From Eledone cirrhosa (Eukaryota), in NCBI GenBank assembly GCA_964016885.1, contig OZ024743.1, positions 156,736,001 to 156,800,000 on the forward strand: 64,000 nucleotides of DNA, written 5' to 3'. Each line of letters starts with the position of its first letter. Position 1 is the stretch's first letter. The position numbers and the translations under genes are program-made. This document shows positions 27,269 through 40,697 of the stretch, piece by piece. The notes below the pieces were generated by a model, which had not been told where the DNA came from, did not search any database, and was given only the letters and a program-made list of their open reading frames with translations.

Positions 27269-28610
27269 ATATCTTATGTGACGTTTTAAAGACCAGTGAT
27301 TAACCATGGTTTTATGCATAGGAAATGGTATTCAATTATATTAATATGCTTGGCGAATATGGCACTGGATCCAAAATATTATGTGATATTGTAAACTACC
27401 GTGCGTTCGTCAGATACCTAACATGTACATTGGTTTCTAAATTACACGTACGAGAAAATAGACTCTCCAAACACTTTATTGAATTCTGTATCACATCTCT
27501 AAAATATGCATTTCGGAACCAGCTCCAGCTATATTTGTCGTTCTTACTCAGGTTAGGCTATTAAAAATAATATACGTAACCGCCTACGCCTGCGTGTTTG
27601 TGAACATTTAAATAATATGTTAACATGGATTTGCCTAAATAAGATAAATTTATGATGAAAATATCACTGATAGTCGACCGGGAAAAGTAAAACTCTTCTC
27701 TAAAATCGCATATTCAAAGTTAACTAATATCCAGCAATACCTTATTCTTCATATGTCAACCATGTGTAGTGTAACTGCAACCAAATCAGATTTTAAACAC
27801 AGCATGACCTATTTTGTCTATTTATCCTAAGCTTTATAACATACACATTAACATCAGAAGCCATGTCTATCTATCAAATGTTAAACTATCATAATTGTAT
27901 GCATATATAATAAATAGATGTACGAGTAAAATACTTTAAAAAATTGAATACAAACTCATTAATTTAGTTGAAACACATACACATAACTGCCTTTGGCATT
28001 CAAGTAATTTTCGAAAGGCTGCTTTGCGAAAACATTTAAAAATAATTTAACTACAACTACATTTACAGTCACGTTTCTTTTATATTTCTTAATAATATTA
28101 AAATAAAATAAAATTATCTAAAATAATATTTTTTAGAATATCATTCTTTCATTAATTTTATTCAGATTTTTTATTTTTTTTTATTTTTTATTATTATTAT
28201 TATTTTTTTTTAACAGAGAGTGGTTTAATAAAACTACATCCCTGATAATTAATCATTCCATCATTGAATTTTGAATCGATTATGATTCCATATATGTCAT
28301 TCTGCAACGAATATTGATGATTTCCATTAAAAGTTAAGGTAAATACTGTATGTATTAGAATTACTATACTGATTAATAAAGAAAATAAATCTTATCTTGT
28401 AACTTGAAGAATGTCACCTCTTCTAGACAAACACATTCTGTAGAACTACCATCACTATCAAATTAAGAATGGAGGACGATTAAGAATAAATCACTTATGA
28501 TCTCTCTTATTGTTTCTACCTTATTCTGGTTTATTGCCATTCACTCTCTCTGTTACTTCACTCTTAATCGCCCATTCATACACATACATATACATTCTTA
28601 CATACACAAA

Positions 28611-28679
<69 letters not shown>

Positions 28680-28723
28680 GAGTGTTTGTGTGTGTGTGTG
28701 TGTGTATTCGTAAGTGAAAAATA

Positions 28724-28913
28724 ATAATTGTTTCTACTTTAGGCACAAGGCCAGCAATTACCCACTGCATTACTGGTACTTTATTTTATCGACCCCGTAA
28801 GGATGAAAGGCAAAGTCAACCTCGGCGGGATTTGAACTCAGCTCGTAAAGGGACGTAACTATGCTGGAAAGCATGGCGTTCGACCCTCCACCGATACTGC
28901 CAATCAACCGCCC
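28724..28913 (-). mobile_element. tRNA-derived SINE, full-length copy
   Basis: Complete reverse-complement copy; perfect 18-bp TSD TAAGTGAAAAATAATAAT at 28711-28728 and 28914-28931. Confidence 0.93.
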
Positions 28914-29419
28914 TAAGTGAAAAATAATAATAAAATAATATCATTACATTATTAATATTCGGTTTGTTTACAAGTAAACATCTTCATAAAACACCACGTG
29001 GTAGATGACAATCTCATCATTTTTTTCCATCGGCAGCTGAGAGAAAACAATCGACAATTGACAATTGTTTCGGATTGTCTTGCTCCTTGTCAAGATTGTG
29101 TATTCTGCTTCTTCTGCTATCCGATTCAACTTCTTAGAATACATAGTATTCTCAATTATATACATAGGCTGATTAGTCTCATTTGCATACCGAGTGATTT
29201 TACGACAGTCTTTGCCGAAAATTAAAAACCGTGAAGGATAGCTAAATGTCTTTGTGATTGAATAATAATAATATTATAATAATTTCATAACATTATTGAT
29301 ATTTGGTTTGTTTACATGTAAATAACCACTTAAAGCACTCCGTCCTAGATGACAACGTCATCACGTCAAGTACATGGAAATAAATCATAATTTAATAATA
29401 ATGGATTATGGTACGTAGG

Positions 29420-30620
29420 CTTTGGTCTCGTGCTGCAATTAAAAATCCTCCCGGGTTAGCTTTAATCCAGTGATTCGTAGCCACTTTGCTTTTTCATGTA
29501 TGGTGTTTTCTTGTAATCGTTTTAAGATGGCATTCTGGAGATTTGTTTTCAGTTTAGATTTAAAATATTTCAAAATCTCCGTTCTATTTCTCGTTGGTTT
29601 TCCTTTTCCTCGCAGCTGTCTGTTAAAATGGTTTCTGCTTTGAATTAATTCCCCTCCTTCAAGACTCAGTACAATGTATTTTGTTTTCTTCATGTTTTAT
29701 GGCTATTTCTATTAACTTTCCTCTGTTGTTCTTTAGAAATGTTTGTAGTCCTAAATGAGTTCATTTATAATAGTTTTCTATTTGCTTAAGGCCCCTTCCT
29801 TTATGTGTTCGTGGCAGGCACAATCACTCTACAACTGACTGTGGCTGGTGTATTCTATTGCAGTCATTATTTTTTTTGTTTTTTCTCTCTATTCCTGTTA
29901 GCTCCTTTAGTCTCCAGTTCATAATGTTAAGACAGTACCTTACTACTGGGATCATTAATCTTATTATTTGATTTAGTTCAGTTTTAAGTAGTATACTAAT
30001 CCGTCTGTCGTATTCCTTTTTAATCTTATCTTTCATTTATGTATGCTTATTCCTTATTATTTGTATGCCTTAATTTGATCTAATTGTTACAGTGTCTTTA
30101 TCTAGCCTTTTATTAATAGTTTAGCGCATTTTTCTAGACAACATTCCATGCCTTTTTGTTTTTTTTGAGAATCCATGTACTGTATGTAGCAGTGACTTTC
30201 GTTTTGCGGTATACAGTTTTAAATTATCCATATATAGGAGATGGTTAATTTTCTTTTTGTAGCATTTATACCCTTGCCCAGTTCGGTTTAGTGTCTCATT
30301 TAATTGTGTTAGTGCTACGTAGAAAAGCAGTGGGGAGAGGGAATCCCATTGAAATATTCCTCTGTTGATTGGATGAGCACGATTTGTATAGTTCATCGTT
30401 ATTTTGCAGTTTTGTTGTTTTCGATTATGACTTTATTTATTAGCAATTGGTCTTCACAGTCATATGAGACTTTGAAACGTCCTTTCTGCTTTTCTAGAAG
30501 CAAGATCGTCTCCAGGTGTTTAGTTAGTTTCTGCGATATCATTGCAGTTATGGTTTTATATATTGCAGGCAGTTAATTTATGGGTCTGTAGTTTAGAGGG
30601 TTTTCCTTTATATTTACGTT
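29420..30620 (-). mobile_element. Decayed R4/Dong-clade non-LTR retrotransposon RT fragment
   Basis: NYRPI, INRGIFQWDSLSPLLF, INHLLYMDNLKLY, MKDKIKKEY..ILKTELN and WL..GLK..AARDQ; lies next to a (TAA)n tract. Confidence 0.75.
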
Positions 30621-30647
30621 TGGGAGTGGTTTTCTGTTCGTTGTTAT

Positions 30648-30668
30648 AATTATTATTTTTATTGTTAA

Positions 30669-30720
<52 letters not shown>
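30648..30720. repeat. (TTA)n microsatellite
   Basis: Read directly. Confidence 0.95.
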
Positions 30721-30949
30721 GGTCGTCGGCAACGGAAGACGTATTTTTATTGCAAAGGAGTCATAAAACTTCCATTGTACCCTGTGTCAGTGGGATCTTA
30801 TAATATTTGGCCCTTTTGGCCCAAATAAATTAACTTCATGTTTTTTGCTTGAGAACTTGACTTGATTCGCCTCCCAACAGTAAGATTGCCATCTCATGAT
30901 AGCGACATGAAAGTTGAGAGGAAAGACATAACAAACACAATTATGGACA

Positions 30950-33120
30950 CGAAGAAAAAATAATTACAAACAAAAATATCCAACAAAGGAATTAGCAACA
31001 CCAACTACAACATGAATAACGACCGTACCAACAGCAACACTGAAACATGTGAAGCGAGCAACGGCAACAAGAACTCCGTCAGCTCCAAAAGCAACAACGA
31101 AATTTAAAACAACAACAACAGCAACAATTGCAAAGACAATAACAATAACAACTGCACCAAGATCAACACCAACAGCAACTACAACAGTGAGCATTAGAAT
31201 TGACCTGACTCAAAAAGAGAAAAAGTTGGTCAAAGCCTGGAAGCACATTAAACAATAGAAAACCTGGGCAAAATTAATTCTCCCGGCAGATGCTATAGAA
31301 GCGGTCTTTAGATGCATCTCGGTAGAAAATAAATCAACGAACAGCACTCCCCTATTTGAAGTTGTAGCTGTACTGAAGTACATCATAGATGATACAGAAT
31401 GCCTAGCGAGAGGTAGAAAGGGTGGACTGGTTCGGGATTGAAATGGAGATGTCTGAAGACCTGAGAAAAATCCAGGACCACATCCTCCTCCGATACGGGA
31501 CGGCTCTGCAAGTAAAAACCGAGAGCAAAAGATTGCATTGTTTCGTATGTGGCTAAACAATTCCTTTGCGAGACTTCTGCTCTGAAAAGTGAAAGGGGTC
31601 AAAAATATCAACTGCTGTTCATGCCCGGTCGGGTAACTCCACCAATAACAACACCGGCAACACAACCAGCAGAAACACCAGTGGAAACTCCACCACCAAC
31701 TTTGACCACCCAGTGGGAATACAAGGAAACCTCTCAGAAATTACACACATTGGCACAAGCACAAACCCAAACACACAGAGATACGGAAACACTTACTGGC
31801 ACATACACCTCTCTTGCAGTAGCTAAGACGAGGCAAAACCTAAACAAAAAGCAAAAAAGAAGACAAATAAAATAATCTCCACAGCTCAGGAAAGCATACA
31901 CACAAGAGATTGCAGACACTACCCACACAACTAAATCAGACATTTCCACATCAACACCAACGCCACCACCAGAATCCCCCAAAAGCGAACAGCCACAACA
32001 AACACAAAATTAAAGAACAAACAAACGACTGAAATCGCAGACATCACACCCACAATAAAAACAGACACCCAAACCAACACAAACAACATCATCACCACTA
32101 CAATCACCCAAACGCAAACAAATAATACCACAACAACAAGGCACACACATGTTCGTCCTTGTAAAAAGAAATAACAAGGAATTGATAGTCATCATAGCAC
32201 AAAGACAAGAAATAAAAAAGGGGAGGAGATTTTTGAAACAAACAGCTTTTCCGTGCTAGAAGATTTGTTTCTGGTAGGAATGTCGATTGACGACTACAAA
32301 TGGATTAAAATGCATTTTCCTCGTGACCTGGAAACCACGAATATAAGAGTAGCAAACAGATTGCATACATGACTCCCAAATAACTCCACCGTATATAGAG
32401 ATCGAAACATCTGACGTCCCAAGCGCCTAGAATGTAAGTAAACCTATACACTTTTCCTTTAACCTGCCAGCATGGCCATGAAAAGAATAAAAGGTTTATA
32501 TGTTAGTATCCCGGGTTCGCACTAGAAGCAGGGTCGCCTGATGGACTACCTCAGATCACTAAATATGGTTGTGATTCCCGTCAGCAAGACCAGGATTTTC
32601 GACACTAGTCCCTATTGTCGACAACTATTAGTTCGTTGCATATCTCATTCGGTCGAGAATATGATCTGGGGTAACAGTGATGTTTAAGACAGGCCTGGCT
32701 TCCGATGTAAGGTCGATCTTTCGGAACCCGGATGGTACGTTGGTGGTCCTGGACGCGAACAATAACTAAGGTGATGTCTTTAGATTGGTGGCCGTCTATT
32801 GCCCGACTGTGGTTGGACGGCCGAAATACTTGAGGTGCCTGGAAGCCTTTCTGGGTACGTCTCGCTGTGTACTGTTACCAGGGGAGTGGAACGCACGCTG
32901 GGATTGTGCGAGAGACGTTGATAGGAGCGGATGATGCAAAGGCCTCAGGTAACCGATCAGCCAGTTCCACCCGTTTGATAGGTACCAACTAGATTTCCCT
33001 AAGGCGCCAGTCTGAACATGGACCAACTGCATTGGGTCATCTAGATCGTATATAGACAGAATTTCCATAAAGAAAATAGATAGAAATAGTGTAGGCTGTC
33101 CACGTAGGTTGCACACGGAT
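30950..33120 (+). mobile_element. Decayed Tx1/L1-clade LINE 5' part (ORF1 remnant plus APE)
   Basis: Thr-rich CA-biased ORF1 remnants, then from 32478 KQGRL..LRS, LVVLD, FRLVAVYCPT, LEAFLGTSR, GEWN and SYIDRI. These match ORF2 of the element at 58.7-64 kb. Confidence 0.75.
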
Positions 33121-34309
33121 CGGCGAAACTCCAGTCGAGACTTTGAAGAAAAAATAGGTACATTGTTGTCTATTAATTCATCATATTTTGTAATTTGATA
33201 TATATATTCCAAACCACTTTTTTCACATAAAACAGGAATAATTTCGAAAACTGATCAGATTAGAGCAGAAATCACGATCACTCTATCACAAAATTATTTT
33301 TGAAAAGCATAAGAAATGCGCAACTGGTAAAAACTCAAAACTAAAACTGAATACTAACTAATATGTATTACTAATTTATAGTTATTCCTAATTAAACTAT
33401 TTTTCACTGAGAAAAATTTGTCAGCATTTTCTTTTCCTATTTACTAATATATCACAACTCGTGTGTCACACCTATATTTTTTAAATATATATAAACATAT
33501 ACAAATGTATAGATGTGTATGTGTATGTGTGTGTATGTGTGTGTGTGTATGTGTGCATGTGTGTGTGTGTGTGTTTGTATGTATGTGTGTGTGTGTGTGT
33601 GTGTGTATGTGTGCGTGTGTGAGTGAGTGTGTGCAATTAGAATCGACGATTGCCCTACCCTGTAATAAATTCCTCTAGAAATTCAAAGTCAACCAAGAGC
33701 CAGACATACATCGTGCGTCTGTACCCGACGCTGGAGACTATACAACGTGACTACAAGATGAGCTAAATAACACGTGTTCTTTCATCTCAATCCTTGCTCC
33801 CCCACTTACTCCAACCACTGCTATAGGAAAGAATGTCAATATCAAGCTGTAGCTGTCACATTACGCAGTTTCTAAATGATAATAGCTATTATTATCTGCA
33901 GTGACAACTAACCGATTACGTAATTGGTCACCATCTACTCGTTTATTGCATACACTAACGTTTCCTTAACTGCAACCACATCCGCATGAACCACTGAGGC
34001 AAACCATAAAGCTAGATGAAATTATCGTGTTGCATTAACAGGAAAAAATAAATTAATCAAATCAAATATACAAATATTATTTAAATAATCAACAACAAAA
34101 ACACAATTAAAAAATGCTATACACACATGTATATGGCCTCACCCAGATGGCTGGAACCAGTCAGAGGGAAAGAAACAAAATATATATATAGATAGATAGA
34201 GAGAGAGAGATGGGTGAATTTCTGCGGTTCTGTGACTACATCGCACCGTGCACTGTATTTCTCTTTCTTTCACTCTCTCTCTGTATATATATATATATAT
34301 ATATATATA

Positions 34310-35060
34310 ATGGGAAAATTTGAACAGGAACAAAACAGAGAGGCAGTACAACGATTGTTTATTAATTTCACGCTCTGGAGAGTGGGGTGGTGGTGGGGAA
34401 CGACGTTTCGGGCATAAGCCCTTCCTCAGAGGAGAAGTGTGTGAGAACAGAGTTCAAAGGGTGTGTAGGGGAGTGATGGAGAGACATATAGCGAAAAGAA
34501 ACGGTGCGAATGAAATTAAAAATAAAAATAAAAATAAAGCATGATCAAAATAAAGGGAATGAAATAAAATTAAATATAAAAGCATGATCAAAATAAACTG
34601 AAATAAAAAGGGGTAAAACAGGTGGTGGAAGGGCGTGGGGTGTGTAGGGGTGGCGGTAGAGTGGGGAGAGGGAGACGGGGTGTCCGAGCGGGGAGGGCTG
34701 AAGGTCGTGTGTGTGTGTAGGTGTACGTGTGTGTGTGTGTGTGTATGTGAAAGTAAGGGTTGGGGGAAGAACGGGGTTGCATGTTCAGGAAGAGGTGTGT
34801 GTGTGTGTGGGGGGGGGGGGGGGTTGTAGGTCGGAGTGTATGTGCGTGTGTGGATAGAGGGGTGGGGGGAGGAATAAGGAGGCTAAGGGTGTAAATATGT
34901 GGTGGAAAGCACGTGTGTGTGTGGGGTTTAAGCATGTTGTAGGTGTAGGTGGCGTGTGGGAGAAAACAAATTTTTGGGGTGTGTGTGTGGGTGAGTTATA
35001 TAGGTGATTCCGTAAGAGGATGGTTGAAATGTTGGTAAATTCCTATGATGTTTAGTAGAT
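34310..35060 (-). mobile_element. PLE 3' end (pLTR) fragment
   Basis: A C/A-rich 3' region on the minus strand leads into a minimal HHR and ends at (TA)n near 34309. The distal boundary is approximate. Confidence 0.6.
34402..34429 (-). ncRNA. Minimal hammerhead motif (PLE type)
   Basis: Minus strand reads CTGAGGA-A-GGGC-TTAT-GCCC-GAAA-CG-TC; stem I is not evident. Confidence 0.65.
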
Positions 35061-35420
35061 ATGTGTGTGTGTGTGTGTACATACACGACCACAGCCTGCG
35101 TGCCAAAGCAGATATCACACTTAACATGAAGTTCAAAAAACCCTGGACAATCACTCATGGAACCGTAACAAGACGAAACGAAATGTGCGTCCCCACCTGC
35201 CAAACCAGCTATGAAAAATGAATCGAAGACCTTTAGACTATAAGGCACACACACACACACACACACACACCCACACACACACATATTATATATATATATA
35301 TATATATATAAAGAATTAGTATATCTAGCAACATATATTCAGATGTACACCTATGCAAGCAAAATATATAGGTTTTGTCTTAGTAACTTTGTGGTTCAAT
35401 GCAAGGGGATGCAGAACAAT

Positions 35421-35514
35421 TATATGAAAGACGTAAAATAAGAAAATTATAAAAATGTACTTACTAGTAATTAAGTAAATTTTTATAATTTTCTTATTTT
35501 ACGTCTTTCATATA
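35421..35514. repeat. Near-perfect palindrome beside (TA)n
   Basis: TATATGAAAGACGTAAAATAAGAAAATTATAAAAAT pairs with ATTTTTATAATTTTCTTATTTTACGTCTTTCATATA. Confidence 0.85.
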
Positions 35515-35530
35515 TATATATATATATACA

Positions 35531-35790
35531 TATGTTCGTTACGTGTGTAACACCACTTACAAGTGGTGCGCCGTTCGAAGTACTAAATGCTGTTACAAGA
35601 TCTGTTTCGTCTGGCTTCTATTCCAACGTTACCGCCGTAGAGTGCAGAGTGTAAATACATTTTAAAAAGTCGAGGTCATTGTTACAGCATATGTACAAAG
35701 AGTTTAGATGTCTCTTTTCACATATAAGCTCGCATGTCTAATGAGAAGTCGAAAAAGATTCGGACTCAACAGCTTGTTTGTACCCTGAGC
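35531..35790. repeat. Direct repeat copy A (copy B at ~38176-38440)
   Basis: TATGTTCGTTACGTGTGTAACACCAC..GAGAAGTCGAAAAAGATTCGG occurs twice, each time right after a TA run. Confidence 0.85.
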
Positions 35791-36096
35791 AAAATAGATA
35801 AATTAATATCTAAATAAATGAAATCAAATCAAATATACAAATATTACTTAAATAATCAACATCAAAAACACAATTATAAAATGATATACACACAAGTATA
35901 TGGCCTCACCCAGATGGTTGGAACCATAACAAGAAGAAACCAAATTTGCGTACCCACCTGTCAAAACATGTATGAAAAAGGAATCGAAGACTTTTAGACA
36001 CACACTCATACACACACATATATATTATTTTTCCTGTTATCTTTTCTTTTTGCTTTCTTCATTTTCTTTATCTACCTTTCCCTTTCTTTTATCCTC

Positions 36097-36217
<121 letters not shown>

Positions 36218-36562
36218 TTTTTACTTACTCTTAACACTATGACTTACTAAAGTAAACAAACCACTATCCTGATGTCCTCCAAAAACAACGGTCACCTTTT
36301 TGAAAGGGTACGTCAATTATCTATTTGTAAAACATATATATATAATGAAATAAATATGGTTTTATAAATATAGTTTCCATTTATTAATATTGTATATCTA
36401 CTCCAAATATTTGTCGAGTGCTTTATATCAGTTATAATAATATTTACTTGTTGTATCCCAACAATTTAAATTTAACTTTTGCATATATATATATATATAT
36501 ATTTCGTTTCTGAATTTGTTCAGGAAGATTCTTTATCTGAAAACGTGTGTTGAAACCGATAT

Positions 36563-36913
36563 TGTTATGCTTTGGAAGGGTCATGTTGCCAATAAGAAAC
36601 ACACCCTCCAGTTGCTTTCACTTCAATTTATTATAGATTAAATTTATAAATTAAGAATTTATAAATTTCCGGTTGGTTGGCTGGTTGCACAACCAGACGA
36701 TTGTTCATATATTGTCAAAGTTCTTTCGTCACACATTCTGTGAGTTCTTCAGTGACTGGGCATTTTTTTCTTTGTTTTTGTGCCTCTCCTTTGTTCTGTC
36801 CTACGCCAGAAATTTATAAATCCTTAAATTTATAAATTTAATTTATAATAAATTGAAGTGAAAGCACTGGTGCGTGTGTTTCTTATTGGCACCATGACCC
36901 TCCCAAAGCATAA

Positions 36914-36915
<2 letters not shown>
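36563..36915. mobile_element. Foldback element with ~110-bp inverted termini, related to the LTR-like repeat at 38821
   Basis: TGTTATGCTTTGGAAGGGTCATG.. at the left and ..CATGACCCTCCCAAAGCATAACA at the right. It shares the TGTTATGCTT.GG.AGGGTC start and AAGTTCTTTCGT with 38821-39066. Confidence 0.65.
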
Positions 36916-37006
<91 letters not shown>

Positions 37007-37198
37007 GTATAGGATTATCCAAGATGCAGTGATGGTTAATTACTACACTGGATATGGTTGACGTACGGTAAGAGGTTACTCTACGAGTTATGGAAGAATT
37101 GTTCAAGAAACTTAGTTCCTGATCCTTCAGTATTCCGGAGTGTATATAAAGAATGAATAATAACAGGTAGACATCATAAAAAGGTAGTTTATTCCGTG

Positions 37199-37310
37199 TG
37201 CTTACAAGTGTTTCCACGGTGGTACTGCAGCCTAGTTCCGCTACGTGCAAATTCACAAGTATTTGCAGAACTCGAATATCCAATGCTGTGACCACTGTTT
37301 CCTCAGAGCA
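37199..37310 (-). ncRNA. Type I hammerhead ribozyme with extended stem II
   Basis: Reverse complement of 37955-38066. Confidence 0.7.
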
Positions 37311-37954
37311 GAATGGTAAATATACAATGTAAAAACCCTTAAGTGGGGTTGTTGGGGAAGATAGAGTGGAACAGGAAGAGAGAAAAGTAGGGAAGATGGA
37401 GAGAGAAGGAAAGATATGCAGGGGTTGGAGAAGTAGGAGAGAGTGGCTTGTAGATATCTTAATCAAAATGTTATGGTAGGGGTTTTATTAGTTACTTTTG
37501 GAGAGATGCGTAGATAGTTGAGGTCGGAATTATTTATTGCCCCAGAGGTCAAGTTCATAGATGTTCATAGATGTTGATTACTACTACAAAACCAAAAGTT
37601 CACTCACCACATATACTTTATCTGTCCCCTCTCTACCTATATATCTCTCTCTACATCCATTACACTCTCTCTCTCTCACCTTTGACCTACCTCCCTCTCA
37701 ACATCTATGAACTTGACCTCTGGGGCAATAAATAATTCCGACCTCAACTATCTACGCATCTCTCCAAAAGTAACTAATAAAACCCCTACCATAACATTTT
37801 GATTAAGATATCTACAAGCCACTCTCTCCTACTTCTCCAACCCCTGCATATCTTTCCTTCTCTCTCCATCTTCCCTACTTTTCTCTCTTCCTGTTCCACT
37901 CTATCTTCCCCAACAACCCCACTTAAGGGTTTTTACATTGTATATTTACCATTC

Positions 37955-38066
37955 TGCTCTGAGGAAACAGTGGTCACAGCATTGGATATTCGAGTTCTGC
38001 AAATACTTGTGAATTTGCACGTAGCGGAACTAGGCTGCAGTACCACCGTGGAAACACTTGTAAGCA
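37955..38066 (+). ncRNA. Type I hammerhead ribozyme with extended stem II
   Basis: TGCT-CTGAGGA (37959-37965), ACAGTGGT..ACCACCGT, GAAA (38051), CACTTG-TA-AGCA, followed by AATAAA. Confidence 0.7.
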
Positions 38067-38542
38067 CACGGAATAAACTACCTTTTTATGATGTCTACCT
38101 GTTATTATTCATTCTTTATATATATATATATATATATATACATATATATATTTACAATATATATATATATATAATTATGTTCGTTACGTGTGTAACACCA
38201 CCTACAGGCGGTGTGCCGTTCGAAGTACTAAATGCTGTTACAAGATTTGTTTCGTCTGGCTTGTATTCCAACGTTACCGCCGTAGTGTGCCAGAGTAAAT
38301 ACATTTTAAAAAGTCGAAGTCATTGTTACAGCATATGAAGTAAACGATTTAGATGTCTCTTATCACATATAAGCGAGCATGTCTAACGAGAAGTCGAAAA
38401 AGATTCGGGCCTCATCAGCTTGTTTGTACGCTGAGCTAATCGATAAAGTTTCAACAGATGCTGCAACACTGACTACGACAATTTAAATTTCACTATTTAC
38501 TGAGATGTTTAAGTATTACAGACTAGCAACCTTTTAATTAAA

Positions 38543-38760
38543 CTAGCAGAATCGCCCGGCTTTTCTCGGGATTCTAAACATAGATTGGCATGTTTATCCC
38601 TCATTTCTGAAACACTACAGAGAAGTACAGCAACCTCCGCCTCGGGATGGTCTCTAGATTTTGTGCTTATAAAAAAATTCGTCGTAGATTACCCGAGTGT
38701 TTTTCCGTGCGTAGATAATCAATACTTTATCGCGAAATAAATACTTGTGTTCATACTTTG
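38543..38760 (-). mobile_element. Helitron 3' end fragment
   Basis: Minus strand reads CCCGAGAAAAGCCGGG-CGATT-CTGCTAG|T, like the 3' ends of the other two Helitrons. The 5' extent is uncertain. Confidence 0.55.
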
Positions 38761-38820
38761 TTAATGTGTATGCAAAAAAATCTGTACACAATATATAATT
38801 ATATATATATATATATATAT

Positions 38821-39066
38821 TGTTATGCTTGGGGAGGGTCTTATTGTTATAATAATATTGCCAGAATTAATAACAGAACACACTCACTGTTTGGTTTGCT
38901 TTCGCTTCTGTATCTTTTATATCAGTTAATTAATTCGGTCCTCAATGTTTACCATTGACTGATCAACGGTCAAAAATACAGATATAATATAGAAATAAAC
39001 ACATATATATAGTCTAACCAAGTTCTTTCGTTGCACATCTGCAACACCGTCAGTGGTGCTATTACA
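38821..39066. mobile_element. Possible solo LTR
   Basis: 246 bp bounded by TGTTAT and ATTACA; no TSD seen. Confidence 0.4.
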
Positions 39067-39309
39067 TTCCTCCTGTCGTATTGTAAATTTAATCTGTTTT
39101 AATCTGTTTATTTATTTATTTATTTATTTATTTTTGTGTTCTCTGCGCATGCGTTTGCGTATGTGTATAGTGATTGGTGTGTGTTCTCGTTTGGGTGACT
39201 GTGTTTTGGTAATTGTATTCTATCTTAGTTTACTAGTGTGTGCTTATATGTCTTTGTTGTTATTGTACCTGTGTATATATTTATTTATTTTTTTTATTTT
39301 TATTTCTCT

Positions 39310-40530
39310 CATTTCTATGTTTAGATATTATTTTAATTTCTATGTTGTCTATGTTACCGTCATGTTGTTGTCTGGCGTGTTCTTATAATACTGAACCGTT
39401 TATTCGTCCTTTTTGTTCCCCCCAGTATTGGTCTATCTTTTCACCTATGCTACGAGCTTTCTTACATATGTATGTTGCTGTCATGTTTCTGGAGGTACCC
39501 TCTGTGCATCTTATGCTATAGACTACGTTTCTAGTTTTACAGTTTATCCGGGGGTTTACTTTATATATAATACATTTCCTATTAGTACAGTGGGTTTTCT
39601 TAAAGGGGTATGTTTTGCTGATCAGTTATTTGATGGTGGTTCCTGACTTTTCTACCACCTTAATCTTTATGTGGGTCTTTCTCAGGGCCATTCTACACTG
39701 GTTGGCTAATTTTCTTTTCAGGGGTAGCGTCCACAAACATAACACTATGGTATCTCTGGTTGTCGTACCATGAGGTGGCTTTCCCTATCTTATCGTTAGT
39801 CCTATCTAAGCTATTCCATGATTTGCTCCTGTATAATGGGCAAATTCCTTTCATGCGCAGTTCTATGAGGGTCTTATACTTCTCCATGGCTCCTTCGTAT
39901 ACTCTGATTCTGTCTATTTGGTTGTAGCCAAAGAACTGCATACGGTTGATGAAGTGTTTGATGTGTCTTTCCATTTCTGTTGGGTCGCACATGCGCGACA
40001 TGTTCTTCATCACTGGTACCAAGTCTGCGATCAGAATATTAAAATTTGCACTACTGGACGTTGCTGAGTTTTTGAGTATCAGGTATTTAGAGGCCATGGG
40101 TTTAGCGTAGTATGAGTGCGGAATTTTGGCCCTCTCGTCTATAGTGTTAATCCAGATTTCAGTGTCTAATACAGGTAGTCTACTGTTAGGGTGTTTGGAA
40201 AGGTAGCCGATAGTTTCAGTTATACTCTGGTGTATGGAATTAGCTATCTGCTGGATGCTTTGCATTGTGCTACATTCTAAATCACACTTGTTAGTACTCT
40301 CTTGTGAGGGTGTCCTCATTACTATATTAATGTCTTCTACATAACGAGAAGTACATGATGAGGTCTATGGAGCTCTCACCAATGAGATCTTTGAATCTCC
40401 TTTTCCACCATACCATAAATGCTTGGCAACGTCACCAGCTATGCTGGCGGCAATGGGTTCTCCCTCATTTTGGGTGTAGATCTTCTTGTTGAATTTGAAT
40501 ATATAGCCCTCTAGGGTAGATTTAATACTA
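39310..40530 (-). mobile_element. Decayed PLE (RT C-terminal half plus GIY-YIG)
   Basis: YIFKFNKKIYTQNEG, YVEDINI, TMQSIQQIANSI, RLPVLD, YYAKPM, PLYRSKSW, VMFVDATP, IKVVEKSG and NCKTRNVVYSIRC..YI. The clade differs from the 6-kb element. Confidence 0.8.
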
Positions 40531-40561
40531 GCCCCTATTGTGGTGGTGAAAAACTCAGATT

Positions 40562-40593
<32 letters not shown>

Positions 40594-40596
40594 GTA

Positions 40597-40675
<79 letters not shown>

Positions 40676-40697
40676 GTGCGTGCGGGGGGTGTGTTTG

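Larger units (their letters stand above)
37003..38122 (+). mobile_element. PLE pLTR foldback (inverted pLTR pair) in (TA)n
   Basis: Apparently identical 423-bp inverted arms (37143-37565 and 37700-38122), one HHR per arm, and a 140-bp extension on the left arm. Confidence 0.85.

Noticed and set aside
36843-38338. Paired 207-aa and 179-aa ORFs with identical N-termini
   Set aside because: They result from the pLTR inverted repeat, start at TTG and run into microsatellites.
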